Translations under genes and position numbers: made by a program
Assembly (NCBI GenBank): GCA_030390025.1
Contig: CM059425.1
Span: 173,912,001 to 173,976,000, forward strand
From: Squalus acanthias
Lineage: Eukaryota
Reading direction: 5' to 3'
DNA length: 64,000 nucleotides
In this document: in pieces, positions 1 to 12,612 of the stretch
Position numbering within the stretch: position 1 is the stretch's first letter
How the letters are laid out: the number at the start of each line of letters is the position of its first letter
Notes under the pieces: generated by a model
The model's database searches: none
Told to the model about the DNA's origin: nothing
The model's input: only the letters and a program-made list of their open reading frames with translations

Positions 1-945
1 TGGCTAGGTTTTAAGCTCTGAAATCCATCCTTGTTTTCAAATTCCTCCATGGCCTCGCCCCTCCGCCGAGATATCTGCGTTCCTCTAATTCTGCCCTCTT
101 GAGCATCCCTGATTAAAATCGCTCAACCATTGGTGGCTGTGCCTTCAGCTGTCTAAGCCCCAAGCTCTGAAATTCCCTCCCTAAACCTCTCCACCTCTCT
201 ACCTCTCTTTCCTCCTTTAAGACGCTCCTTAAGAACATAAGAAATAGGAGCAGGTGTAGGCCATACAGCCATTCAGTAAGATCATGGCTGATCTTCGACC
301 TCAACTCCACTTTCCTGCCCAAACCCCATATCCCTTGATTCCCCTAGAGTCCAAAAATCTGTCTATCTCAGCCTTGAATATACTCAGTGACTCAGCATGC
401 ACAGCCCTTTGGGGTAGAGAATTCCAAAGATTCACAACCCTCTGAGTAAAGAAATTGTTCCTCATCTCAGTCTTAAATGGCCGACCCCTTATCCTGAGTC
501 TATGCCCCCAGTTCTAGACTCTCCAGCCAGTGGAAACAACCTCTCAGCATCTACCCTGTCAATCCCCCTCAGAATCTTACATGTTTCAATGAGATCACCT
601 CTCATTCTTCTAAACTCCAGAGAGTATAGGCCCAATCTACTCAATCTCTCCTCATAGGACAACCTTCACATCCCAGGGATCAATCTAATGAACCTTTGTT
701 GCAACCGCCTCGAATGAATGTATGCGCTTTCTCAGATAAGGAGACCAAAACTGTGCACAGTACTCCAGGTGTGGTCTCACCAAAGCCCTGTATAATTGTA
801 GTAAGACTTCTTTACTCTTGTAATTCGACCCCCTTGCAATAAAGGCCAACATGCCACTTGCCTTCCTAATTGCTTGCTGTACCTGCATGCTAACTGTGTT
901 TCCTGTACGAGGACACCTAAATCTCTCTGAACACCAACATTTAAT

Positions 946-1651
946 GGGCCAGAAATTAGGCTTTCTGGCTTCCTGCGGGTGCAAGCATCGCGCGTGTACT
1001 TGCCTACTGCGCCTGCCGTTGTGCTTTCGGCCCACGAGGAATCCGGTTCCTGGGCCTCCTCCAGCTGCCGGCGCGCAGTGCTTGCGTATCCCAGGGGCGC
1101 AGTAAGTTCGAAGCATCCCCTGGGATCACGTGGGCCATGGAGAGCCAATCCTAACAAGGCATTTTCATTCATAGATTTGACAGGAAGAGATCGGCCCCAA
1201 AACCACATTTTTAAAATATCTATAAGTTACATAAATTAACTACTTTAAACAACAATTTTAATTTTTGAAAAAATTAATTATACATTTTAACGGTGCTAAA
1301 AATAAACTTACCTTTCTTTAAAGTATCTAAAAAAGATAAACCTGTTGAAAAAATGTTTAAATTGTAATTAATTAACTACTTACCTTGTTAAAAACAGGCC
1401 TTGCGCCTCCTTTTTAAAAGTGCAGCTTCTCCATACTTCCCCTCCCGGAGAAACCTGAAAAAAACCGAAGTTCGCTGCGTGCGCGCAGCCACTCCCGCGC
1501 ACGCGTTCGACTTCTGAACCCCTTCCTTCAGGGGAACGGACGTTCCGGTTTCTTGCGCATGCGCAGTGCATGCAGGAAACCGGGACTTCAGGTGGCCTTA
1601 CGGGTGAGCACACAGCGCGTACTCACCCGACAAGAGCCGAATTTCTGGCCC
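946..1651 (+). mobile_element. Harbinger-like MITE family 'C', copy 1
   Basis: TIRs GGGCCAGAAATT / AATTTCTGGCCC, GC-rich ends around an AT-rich core, and homology to 10191-10921 and 11007-11774. Confidence 0.82.
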
Positions 1652-1793
1652 ATTTTTCTCATCATTTAAAAAATATTCTGTTTTTCCATTCTTCCTACCA
1701 AGGTGAATAACCTCACATTTCCTCACATTATACTCCATCTGCCACCTTATTGCCCACTCACTTAACCTGTCTATATCCCTTTGCAGGCCCTTT

Positions 1794-2783
1794 GGGGGAG
1801 AAATTCGGTATCGCCACGTTTGGGGCGCTATTATCGGCCGGGCGCAAAGTTTAGCGCCCGGCGCTAATTACCGCCTCCGACTACAAACTTGGCCTCTATC
1901 GCCCCTGGAGGTGATTTGAGCGCTAAATCAGGCACTGCACACCTGTCTTAAGGCGCTAACGTCGAGGAGCGAGGCGCTACCTCAGAGCGCTGGCGAAGCT
2001 CAGGTGATGTCAGTTAGCAATTGAACACAGACACACTGGCGCCATCCAGTTCTTAAAGGGGAGGGGCCATCTTGCTGGCCAGCCACACCCTGCTCATTGC
2101 AGCCTTGAATCTCGGCCTGGAGAGACCTCAAAAGCAATTGTGTTGGAAGCACTAATGGATAGGCCCAGGTAAAGAGCTCGGCGCTTAGGAACCTTAAAAG
2201 TGGTGCTGAGGGCCAAAACTCCTTAGGACAACATTAAAACCAAAAATGTTGCCAACAAAAGAAGGCAGGAAGCGGCCGCCTTTAAATAGCGCTCCCCTAG
2301 CCCCTTCCCGACTGCAAAATGTTCCCCTCTACATGTCGTTGCTAGCGGCAGGCGGAAAGGCAGGGGGCGCCACTCAATATCCGGTCCAGGGCGCTGCCGG
2401 GGCGTTGCGCGCTCGACTGACATCACGATCTGCGGGCACAGGAGATCGTGGCGGTTGCGTTTAACGCCGCCGCAAAATGTTTGGTCAATTTTGCGAGCGG
2501 CGCAAACATCGCCGCGCCCAGGCGCTAGTTGCTTTGTGCCCCGTTAGCGCCCTCTATTGCTAACTGACATCACCTGAGCTTCGTCAGCGCTCTGAGGTAG
2601 CGCCTCGCTCCTCGACGTTAGCGCCTTAAGACAGGTGTGCAGTGCCTGATTTAGTGCTCAAATCACCTCCAGGGGCGATAGAGGCCAAGTTTGTAGCCGG
2701 AGGCGGTAATTAGCGCCGGGCGCTAAACGTTGCGCCCGGCCGATAATAGCGCCCCAAACGGGGCGATACCGAATATCTCCCCC
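1794..2783. mobile_element. MITE of the same family with 228-bp inverted arms
   Basis: 1794-2021 is the near-perfect reverse complement of 2556-2783. The body is homologous to 31829-32718. Confidence 0.88.
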
Positions 2784-3258
2784 AGTTTATCCTTAGTCTC
2801 TGTTTTCTCTCCATTAACCAATCCACTATCCATGCTAATATATTACCCCCAACCCCATGAGCCTTTATCTTGCGTAGCAACCTTTTACGTGGCACCTTAT
2901 CGAATGCCTTTGGAAATCTAAATATACTACATTCACTGGTTCCCCTTTATCTACCCTGCTAGTTATATCCTCAAAAAACTCTAATAAATTTGTTAAACAC
3001 GATTTCCTTTTCATAAAACCATGTTAACTCTGCCTATTCATATTATGATTTTCTATGTGCCCTGTTACCACTTCCTTAATAATGGATTCCAGCATTTCCA
3101 GTAGTTCCCTGTTTTCTATTTCCTTCCTTTCTTGACTAGCGGATTTACATTTGCTACCTTCCAACCCGCTGGGACCGTTCTAGAATCTAGGGAATTTTGG
3201 AAGATCACAACCAATGCATCCACTATCTCTGCAGCCACTTCTGTTAGAACCCTAGGAT

Positions 3259-3598
3259 GTCATCTGCCCTAATTTCTCCTTATGTGGCTCGGTGTTAAGT
3301 TTTGTTTTATAACACTCTTGTAAAGCGCCTTGGGACGTTTTATTACATTAAAGGCGCTATATAAACACAAGTTGTTGTTGTTGCTGGAATTCTCTCCCTA
3401 AACCTCTCCGCCCCTCCACTTCTCTTTCCTCCTTTAAGATGCTCCTTAAAACCTATCTGTTTGACCAGATTTTTGGTCATCTGCCCTAACATCTCCTTAT
3501 ATGGCTCGGTGTCAATTTGTTTTGATTACACTCATGTGAAGCGCCTTGGGACGTTTTATTACATTAAAGGTGCTATATAAATATAAGTTGTTGTTGTT
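3259..3598 (+). mobile_element. Two tandem L2-type 3' tails; the first continues 14-230
   Basis: Repeated aagcgccttgggacgttttattacattaaagg...(gtt)n. Similar fragments occur at ~43590-44110 (-), 47560-47845 and 55590-56160. Confidence 0.72.
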
Positions 3599-3599
3599 A

Positions 3600-3755
3600 A
3601 CATTACTGATACTAATTTTTAATTCCAGATTTATTTAATTAACTGAATTTAAATTCCCCAGCTGCCGTAGTGGGATTTCAACTCATGCCTCCGGATCATT
3701 TGCCCAAGCCTCTGGATTACTGGTCCAATAACATAACCACAATGCTACTGTACCC
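3600..3755 (-). mobile_element. tRNA-derived SINE head
   Basis: A-box-like TAGCATTGTGG and B-box-like GAGTTGAAATCCC on the - strand. Confidence 0.55.
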
Positions 3756-4429
3756 ACAGCCTCCCTCATCCACTGCTGAATGTTTTCTGCTTTTTCTTTT
3801 TAAGCAGCCATAAATTTTGTTAGACCTTTGCCCTTCACTGAAAATGTTGATACAACATGAAATTCATGTGTTTCTTTGCTACCAAGGGAAAACACATTTG
3901 TACCCAAAAAGTTGTATAATTCTTAAAACTTATAGGCCGAGAAATTCGAAGGTTTAGCGCTGGCCGTTAAGGCCCATTTTGAAGGAAAAATAGTGGCCAC
4001 TTCGCTTCCACCCGCTTCCGGCGGGTCCCGCGGCCGCCGCCATTTTGGATAGGTCGGCAGCGCTGTCGATCCCTGCAGATATTTAGATTAGGCAGATTGT
4101 GACATCAGTGAGTGTGTAACGCTCACTTGACAGCTGATCTGCCATTTTCGCCATCGCCGCTCCACTTACTGGCCTGTGTTAATCACGACCAGCTGACCAA
4201 GCTTTCAGTAGCAGCAAGGCGCCTCCAGCAGTGCTATTTAAAAGGATCATCATCAGCAACTTGCAGCTGACATGGTTTCTCAGTTTGACTGGCTCTGTGT
4301 AACTTCCTGCAACTCTTGCAGCTTTCTAAACTTGTTCCAAGTTCCTGAGGTCACAGGGAGTGTTGGTGCAAGTGGAGAACGCCTTCATTCTCATTTAAAG
4401 GCTTCTGCTCACACCACTTGCTCACTGTC

Positions 4430-5518
4430 ATGGGGCTCTACTTGCAGTCCCCCTCGCGCTCGAGTATCTTCGGGAGAGGGAGCAGAGGGAGCGAAAAGGA
4501 GATGATGCACGCAGAGGGAGGAGGAGGAGGGTTCTCTACAGGAGGCCTTACCCACCTAGGGTCTTTCGAGAGCACTTCTCTTACTTCTACTTAAGCGAGG
4601 AGCAGTGTATTAGGAGGCTCTGCTTCACCAAGGAGGTGGTTACAGAACGCTGCCACCTCCTGCAACCAGACCTGCAGCCTTAGAGCACAGCGAACAAAGC
4701 TCTCCCAGTAGCTCTCAAGGTCACCGTGGCCCTCAATTTCTTCGCCAGCGGATCCTTCCAGTCTGCAGCAGGAGACATAGCTAACATCTCCCAGTTTGCC
4801 GTCATAGAGGCTCTCTGCACCAGAAGAAGCCACTACGTTGTCTTCTGTCTGAACAGAGAGCCAGGAGGAGTGCGAATGTAGCTTTGCCAGGATAGCGGGC
4901 TTTCCCATGGTGCAGGGCGCCATCGACTGCACCCACGTGGCTTTGCGGCCACCGCACACTAATCCTGAGATATTCCGTAATCGCAAAGGCTATCACTCAC
5001 TTAATGTGCAGTTGGTGTACGGCCACACCCAGCGCATCATGATGGTCAATGCCCGCTATCCTGGCAGCATCCATGATGCCTTCATCTTGTGTCAGTCCAG
5101 TGTGCCAGCAATCTTCCAGCCAATCTTTAAACCCAGGGTGGCTGCTCAGAGAAAAGGGCTATCCGCTCTGCACCTGGCTGATGACTCCCCTCTGCAACCC
5201 CACCACTCGTAGCCAGCACTCCTATAATTACAGTGATGCTGCCACCAGGAACCTCATCAAGCAGACCATCGGGCTGCTGAAGCAACGGTTCCGCTGCTTT
5301 GACTGCTCGGGAGGAGCCCTCCAGTACTCGCCGGAGCGGGTGTCCCATTTCGTGGTGGTCTGCTGCATGCTTCACAACTTGGTGCAGCCCTTGCCACCAT
5401 GGACTGCGGGACCACCTCAGGAGGAGGAAGAGGACGAGGAGGAAGGAAGGAGGCAGGCAGCAGATCCCCGTTCTGGACAGGCTGTACGTGAAGGCCATAT
5501 CAGACTTTGATTCGAGTG
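4430..5518 (+). pseudogene. Harbinger transposase pseudogene
   Basis: GAIDCTH and NRKGYHSLNVQLV motifs, LREKGY in place of LGDKGY, and KQRFRC, spread over several frames with stops. Confidence 0.88.
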
Positions 5519-5729
5519 AATGAATCCCCAGATTCCCATTGCTCACCACATCGCCATCATACCATCCCTCTGTCATGGAACATCACAGCGTCCTCCTGGG
5601 CACAAAGCTGAAGTGAGAGCCACCACAAAACAAACATTCCAAACAAAATTAATTAATTTGTCATAATTCAATCAACATTACAATATGAACTAATCACCCT
5701 TGTGTAATCCATTAGTGCCTGTTGTTCAT

Positions 5730-7642
5730 GTGCCGTTTCCTACTCTAGTGCTCCTATGAAGTGCTCCCCCAGTGGCTGCAGCATGGCTGGTGGAAGGCTG
5801 CTGACTTTCCGTGGGGGAGACTACAGATGGCCTTGCAGGACGACCTCAAGCAGCTGTAGACGTAGAAGGCCTGGCTGTAGACTGCACCAGCTCGGCATGG
5901 GCGGCAGCAGTCTGGGCTGGCTGGCTGACAGGCAGCGGCAAGGGCAATGGCGGAATGGCAGTGGTGGGAGTAGGGATGCTGTTATCCTGAGAGAGGACAG
6001 GAGGTTCTTGCTCCACAGACCCACTACCACTCCCCCGGGGCGGCGCCTCAGCATTCCTAGCTATCTGTTGAAGGACAGATCGCTGGACTACTGCGATGTC
6101 CTGCAAGTCTCTTTCGACACTGGTAAACCCAGCCACGATGGCAACAGCCTGATCTTGGGTGGCAGCAAGCTGAGACTGCATGAGAGCAGTCTGAGCTTGC
6201 ATGGCAGCAAGCTGAGCCTGCAGGAAAGCAGTCTGCACTTCCATCGCAGCACTGAGACTTCTGCCTGTGCTGCAATGGAAGGTGTGACATCGCCCATCAC
6301 ACGCAGCATCATGGCTGGGTCGACAAAGTCTCTCCTGGAGTTGTCCATCACTTCCATCCTGGAAATCATGGAGGAGTCCGGCTCCAAGCTCTGCGCAAAG
6401 CCCCATCCAATGTTGGAGCCGGACACCTCCATGCTCCTTGACATTGACAAGAGGCTCTCTGGCAGGCTTGCCATTGCACCTAGCATTTCGGTGTGCATGG
6501 CCATCACCCGTCTTCTGAAGGCCGCCTCATCGAGGTCATCATCTGAATCTTGTGCAGCAGAATTCGTGTGCAAACCCCTGAGCTACCCTTTCTCCTGGTC
6601 TTGCTGCAGCCCACTCGTGCCCGGTGCCTCTCTATGTGTAGATCCTGCCTTTATACTACCCTCTACATTCCCTGCAGTGCCTGTTAAAGAGCTGGTGTCA
6701 GATCCAGTGACGATGTGTCTTCTTCTTCTCCTTCACCCTCCTCCACAACATGACGGACAGGCTGGCCTGCTGGCAGTTCTTAGGTATCTGAAAGCAGAAA
6801 GGCACAAGAGTCGGGTTGTGGTGAGGGTAGGAGGGAAAGCAAGATATGTTGTTCGTATGTAAGATATCCATGCATACAGCATCAGCTTGTAAGTGAGATG
6901 AGATTGTGGGATGAGGGGGAGATGGGATGTGAGAAGAAGGATTAGGAATGACCATAACGTCATTATCAGCAAGAGCTTCAGCTTCTCCCGTTGCTACGGC
7001 CACGGTCACTGCCCCTTCAATGATCTCAAGCACGGACTCCTCCAGGTGGCTGAGGGTCTGTACAGTGCCTTGGCCACCTCCCATCTGCTGTTGTTTCCGG
7101 TGGTTATGAGCCACTTGGCCTGCAAGAGAAAGGGAAGTGTGTCAGTAAGTGTAGTGTAATGTCTTTGGGCGATGTGTCTGCCATATTTGAATAGCTATCA
7201 GTGTGTGCAAGGTGTGAGATGTGGGTGTGAGTGTTGCAGCAGTGGTAAGGTTGTGAGGGTGAAGTGAAGCCATGATTGCGAGGTATGAGTGGTGATAGGT
7301 AGAGATTGTTGGTAGGTGAGTGATGGGGGTGTGGTACATTGAGCAATGTGTGAGGCTTGTGGTGCAGATGGTGAGATATGGCATTTGCTGAAGCCTTCAC
7401 TCACCTTGACCTGCCGTGTGAGGTCATTAAACTTCTTTCAGTATTGGATCCATGTCCTTGGAACCACACTGATGGCCCACGGAGGTATCTCTCTCCTGCC
7501 AGAGCCTTTTACTAATAGCCTTGGATGGCTTCCTGCCACCATGCAGGAACAGTACATCCTGCTATCTTTGAACTGCTACTACCAAGATTTCAAGTGCAGC
7601 ATCCGAAAACCTTCTTGCTCTCTCTCTGGGTTGCTGAACCAT
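5730..7642 (-). pseudogene. Harbinger Myb/SANT-like pseudogene (3 exons)
   Basis: MVQQPRERARRFSDAALE... exon 1 (7642-7405, donor gtgagt), AHNHRKQQQMGGG exon 2, and an exon 3 homologous to 37056-38035. Stops and frameshifts are present. Confidence 0.8.
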
Positions 7643-7979
7643 GTCTTCAGCCTGATTGACAATGAGGTGCTGCTGCAACAAAGCACCTCGCCTTTAAGTA
7701 GTGCAGAGAGCCTAGGCCAAACTTTACTGGCCATTAGACTGCATCCGATATTGGCCCACTTGTTGAGCACTAAACCAATCAGCAGCGTGTTCAGTGCTGA
7801 GATCAGCGCTGCAATCATTATAATGAGCAGGCAGCGCGAATTTTGTGTGCTGCCTGGACCACTTTCAATGGGCGCAGGCAAATAGTGCTGGCCCTTGACA
7901 CCGCCCTTTTTCGGGCCGTAACCAATTTCGAGACCATGTTTTCCAAGGCGCTCAAAACTTAGAATTTGGAAACTTCATC

Positions 7980-8647
7980 GACCCGATTTTAACTCGGTGC
8001 ATAAGTGTGGCCCGTGGGGACCGAGGTGGCCGTCAAATCATCTGGCCCCCTCGCAGTGCGAGGTTCGGAAGATTTTAATTCCTGGGCCTCGTTTAAATGA
8101 TCCAATTCGGACTCCTGCCCAAACCCAGTGGGAATGACGAGAAGGCCAGCGGGAGACCACTGTTGGGGACTCAAGGGGATGGTCCCAGCTCCACTGTAAG
8201 TGATAAGGGGGTGGGTCCGAAAGTGCTCGTGGTCGGGGGTGGGGACGGAAACCCAAGGCATGGGAGGCCCAAGGTGTCCTTGTGGGGCTGGGCGGAGCAC
8301 ACCTACTTTCCTGCCCCACAAAAAACCTTTAAAAATTGTACATTTTGATTTACCTAAGCCTCTTCTGGCCATGTTCCTGCTTGCTGTCAGCTTGCATTGG
8401 CGGCTCTGGCATTGCCAGATTACTGCCGCGATTAGCAGTTAAAATTGCATCGGAGTCCAAATTATGTCATCGGAATCCAACATTTTAATATTAATGAGGC
8501 TCCTACCTGTCTGCAGTGTGTGGCCTTGACGCTGCCGAAAACCCAGCAGTTAAAATGGTGGCGGCTGCGAATGTGTCAGGAAGCACAGAACCATCATTTT
8601 AACCGCCCGACCCGTTCCCGCCAGGCATGCAGGGTTAAAATTGGGCC
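7980..8647. mobile_element. Harbinger-like MITE
   Basis: GACCCGATTTTAAC / GTTAAAATTGGGCC termini; no clear TSD. Confidence 0.6.
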
Positions 8648-8865
8648 TTAATAACTTATGTTTTACCATGCTGAAATTTGCTGGAAATTAATTTTGATCA
8701 GGTACATTGATCACAATCTAGGTTACATATTTGTTTCACCCGTTCCCGTCAGGCGGGCAGGGTTACAATTGGGTCTTAATAACTTATGTTTTACCATGCT
8801 AAAATTTGCTGGAAATTAATTTGGATCAGGTACATTGATCACAATCTAGGTTACATATTTGTTTC
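8610..8865 (+). repeat. 128-bp tandem duplication spanning a MITE end and its flank
   Basis: 8610-8737 and 8738-8865 are near-identical. Confidence 0.92.
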
Positions 8866-9333
8866 TTTTGATGATAGTATTACCCTCTCTCCTTTTAATT
8901 TATTTATTACCCATTTGGTTCTACACCATACTAAGCATTATGTGTAGCCAAAAGGAAGGGTATGGAAACCTGTTCCCACCCCACTGCCTTTATGATTTTA
9001 AAAGAAGCCACTTTGATATATGAAAAAGTGAACAGGAGACATTACTGCCCATTTGCTTCATCTATGAGAAGGATCTGAACTCTGCTTCTCATATTCTCAT
9101 AGTAACACTCAACAAGCAGAGGATTTCAAGCACAGTCCAAGCCTTGCCATGCCATGGTATCAAATGCACTACACCATAACCCACTGTATTTTGGTTCTAT
9201 TCTGATAAAAGCTGAGAATGATAAATACTGGGCCTGTTATCAATTTAATTCACATTTTTTTAAATGCTTATTAATAAAGGTGATGAAAAATACTAATTAA
9301 TAATTGTGGCTTTTCATATGTAATTTTTTACAG

Positions 9334-9416
9334 ATTAGACTGAAAGAGATCTTTGAGACTCCATCAGAGATTAACTTGGTTCTGGAACTGGTCACAGGAG
9401 GAGAGCTATTTGACAG
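9334..9416 (+). CDS. CAMK4: Internal coding exon of calcium/calmodulin-dependent protein kinase IV (IRLKEIFETPSEINLVLELVTGGELFD-R)
   Basis: 83-bp exon with a ttttttacag acceptor and a GT donor at 9417. The translation matches the CaMKIV kinase segment I recall (IKLKEIFETPTEISLVLELVTGGELFDR). It ends in phase 2 and joins in frame to the 41765 exon. Confidence 0.93.
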
Positions 9417-10190
9417 GTGTCTGATCTGTTGATCTTGGCGCTAGATTGATAAGGAAATTAAAAGCTGCAGTACCAGACTCAAACAGCTTTTAACTGTCTC
9501 AGGCATTTACATACTTTCAATGATGTTGGTTTCCTTTGTACATATCAACTGATAATGATACAGTTTATAGTTTTGTCTGTGTCTTTATGTGTGAGTGTAT
9601 ATATACATATGTATATATAAAAATCTGTGTGTTGCTTACAGTGAATCAGAGGATTACATAGGATATACAGCACAGAATCAGGACATTCGGCCCAACCCAT
9701 CCATGCCGGCATTTATGCTCCACCCGAGCCTCCTCCCGTCTATCCTCATCTAACTCTATCAGCATAATCCTCTATTCCCTTGTCCTTCATATGCTTATCT
9801 AGCCTCCCCTTAAATCCATCTATACTATTCTCTTCAACCACTCCCTGTGGTATTGAGTTCCACTTTCTCACCACTCCCTGGGTAAAGAAGTTTCTTCTGA
9901 ATTCCCTATTTGATTTCTTCGTGACTATCTAATATTGATAGCCTCTAGTTTTGCCCTGTTCTTTATCAATAGAAGTATTAGCAATAAAGTGCAATGGGGA
10001 AAGTGTTACAGGAAGTTAGTATGACACTTACAAGAAGTATGTGCATGACAGAAAAGTTTTAATATACCCTAGTCAGTCTCCTGTGGAAGTCAAGATTACG
10101 CGTAGTATTTAACTGAAGAGTTAGAGACTGTGGGAAATTTAAACCAGGGCATGTAGATGTAATTCAGGCCCCATTTTAAAGTCATACAAT

Positions 10191-10921
10191 GGCGCAGAAA
10201 TTCTGTTCGCAGCCCTCCCGCGGGCGGAGGGCTGCGATTTGGAAAAATCTCCGCCTGGACCGGAGGGCTCCCGGGAGGTGCAGAATTCCGTTGCTGTGCC
10301 TCTTCAAACTGCTGGTGTGCAGGGCACGCGTATCCCAGGGGCGCATGTAGTTCGCAGCGTCCCTGGGATCACGTGGGCCATTGGGAGCCAATCAGAGCAG
10401 GGAATCTCCATTCATAGATTTGACAGGAAGACCAAATACATTTTTTTTTAAATCACATTTTTAAAATGACTATAAATTACATAAATTAACTATTTTAAAC
10501 AAAAATTTAAATTTTGAAAAAAATAATTAAAGTTTTTAACGGGGCTAAAAATAAACTTACCTTTCTTTAAAATATTTTAAAATGATAAATCAGTGGAAAA
10601 ATTTTTTATTTTTACTTTCTTCAACTCTTAGCCTGGTAAAAGCAGGCCTTGAGCCTAGGAGCTGCCGGCTGTACGCCTGCTTTTCTAGGCACAGCTGTTT
10701 CCGACTTACCTGGACTGAAGCAACTGTGAAAAAATCGGAAGTTTCAGCCGTACGCGCTGCCTATCCGGTGCAGGCGTTTGACCTGTCAAGCCCTTTCTTC
10801 ACAGAACGGAAGTTCCGGTTTCCAGCGCATGCGCAGTGCATGCCTAAAACCGGCACTTCCGTTGGCCCTACGGGTGAGTACACAGCGCGTACACACCCGT
10901 AGGGAACGGAATTTCTAGGCC
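10191..10921 (+). mobile_element. MITE family 'C', copy 2
   Basis: GGCGCAGAAATT...AATTTCTAGGCC ends; collinear with copy 1. Confidence 0.8.
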
Positions 10922-11006
10922 ATTCTGTCCTAAGTTGTAGACTTTTCTATTATAAATTCCTATGTCCACATTTACAATGGAAACAACTTGTGTAAGCTAG
11001 TTACAT

Positions 11007-11774
11007 GGGCCAGAAATTCGGCTCCCTGGCTTCCCGCAGGTGCAAGGATCGCACGCGCACCTACCTACCGCGCCTGCCGTTGACCCCTGGGCCCACGGGG
11101 GATTCCGGTCCTGGGCCTCCTCCAACTGCCAGCGCGCAGTGCTTGCGTATCCCAGGGGCGTAGTTAGTGCGATGCGTCCCCTGGGATCACGTGGGCCATG
11201 GAGAGCCAATGGCAGCAGACCATCTTTCATTCATAGATTTGACAGGAAGACCTGTCAAATCTATGAATACAGATCGGGCCCAAAACATCCCTAAAACTAC
11301 AAACAAATTTTTTAAAAAAACATCACATTTTTAAAATAACTATAAATTACATGAATTAACTATTTTAAACAAAAATTTAAATTTTTGAAAAAATTAATTA
11401 CACTTTTTAACGGGGCTAAAACTAAACTTACCTTTCTTTAAAGTAATTAAAAAAGATAAATCTGTGAAAAAAATGTTTAAATTTTAATAAAATCAATACT
11501 TACCTTGTTAAAAGAAGGCCTTGCACCTCCTTTTTCAATGTGCATCTTCCCCGTGCTTACCCTCACGGAGGAACCTGTAAAAAAAACCCGAACTGCGAGG
11601 CGAACGCGCTGGCCCTCTGGCGTGCGCGTTCGACCTCTGAACCCCTTCCTTCAGGGGAACGGAAGTGCCGGTTTCCCGCGCATGCGCAGTGCATGCAAGA
11701 AACCGGCACTTTCGTTGGGCCTACGGGTGAGTACGCAGTGCGTACTCACCCGTAGAGACCCGAATTTCTGCCTC
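11007..11774 (+). mobile_element. MITE family 'C', copy 3
   Basis: GGGCCAGAAATTCG...CGAATTTCTGCCTC ends; collinear with copy 1. Confidence 0.8.
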
Positions 11775-12612
11775 ATAGTCTCTCTTACCTGTTCTCATCT
11801 TGCTATTTCCTTCGCTGTCTCTCCTCCGCTGGTTCTATCTCTTTTTTTGGTCTGCTTTTCTCCCCTTGCCTCTTTTTTTTACTTCCTTCTCTGTCCTTTC
11901 TTCTTTCCTTTCTAGTGGGAAGAAGTAAGTGATATGGCATGGTGTAGCAGGGAAAGGAGCTACCAATGGTTGTAGGCTTTTTTGCAAGATGTTGTGGAGA
12001 AAATGAGGCCCCTTTCCCATCCTCTCCAACAATCACACATACTTCCCCTCACTCCCATCGTATTCCCTACCCCTTCTCCTTCCCGCTACCCATTCCCCTT
12101 CCTACCACATCCTCACTCCCATCATTATCCCTACCTCTTCCCCTTTGAACTACTTGCTCAACCCCTTTACCCTCCCCTCACTGTGCTCTGATGTCACTCA
12201 CATCAGCCTAACCCTCCATCCATTCTCCTACTCCCACTTGTCCCCCAAGGACAGGTGGAAAGCAGCCAGAGGGCCCTTCATCCTCAAGCGTTCTCTTCTC
12301 CCCTCCCCCTCTTATCCTACCTTACTATCTATTTCCCTCTTAAGAGGCTTTGTTTGCTTTCAAAATTCAACTTTTTTTAAAAGAAAGAAATCAAATTAGA
12401 ATGAGGAAATAAACTGTATACCTGCCTTTCTCTCTATCTCTTTGTCCCTCTGATATGTATTAGAAATGAAAATTTTTGTATCACAGATGTAGACTGTCAG
12501 CATTGACCTTTTCTAAAGGCTAACAAAACACAAGTGAGGTAATTAGCTTGCTTCAATATTCAACTGGTGTTTTTCTTGAAAATTGAGGTAACATTACATG
12601 AAGAAAGACACA

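Larger units (their letters stand above)
231..3258 (-). mobile_element. CR1 LINE 3' half interrupted by two MITEs
   Basis: LYRALVRPHLEYCAQFWSPY and KIKAHGVGGNILAWI remnants; CR1 3' tail at 231-250. Confidence 0.85.
3935..7935. mobile_element. Full-length but decayed two-gene Harbinger
   Basis: Imperfect TIRs, transposase pseudogene on + and Myb-like pseudogene on -, arranged convergently. Confidence 0.82.

Noticed and set aside
5756..6862. 368-aa + strand ORF
   Set aside because: It is the antisense shadow of the decayed Myb exon 3 and has no independent motifs. The same applies to 50077-50988 (-) and 38354-39151 (+).
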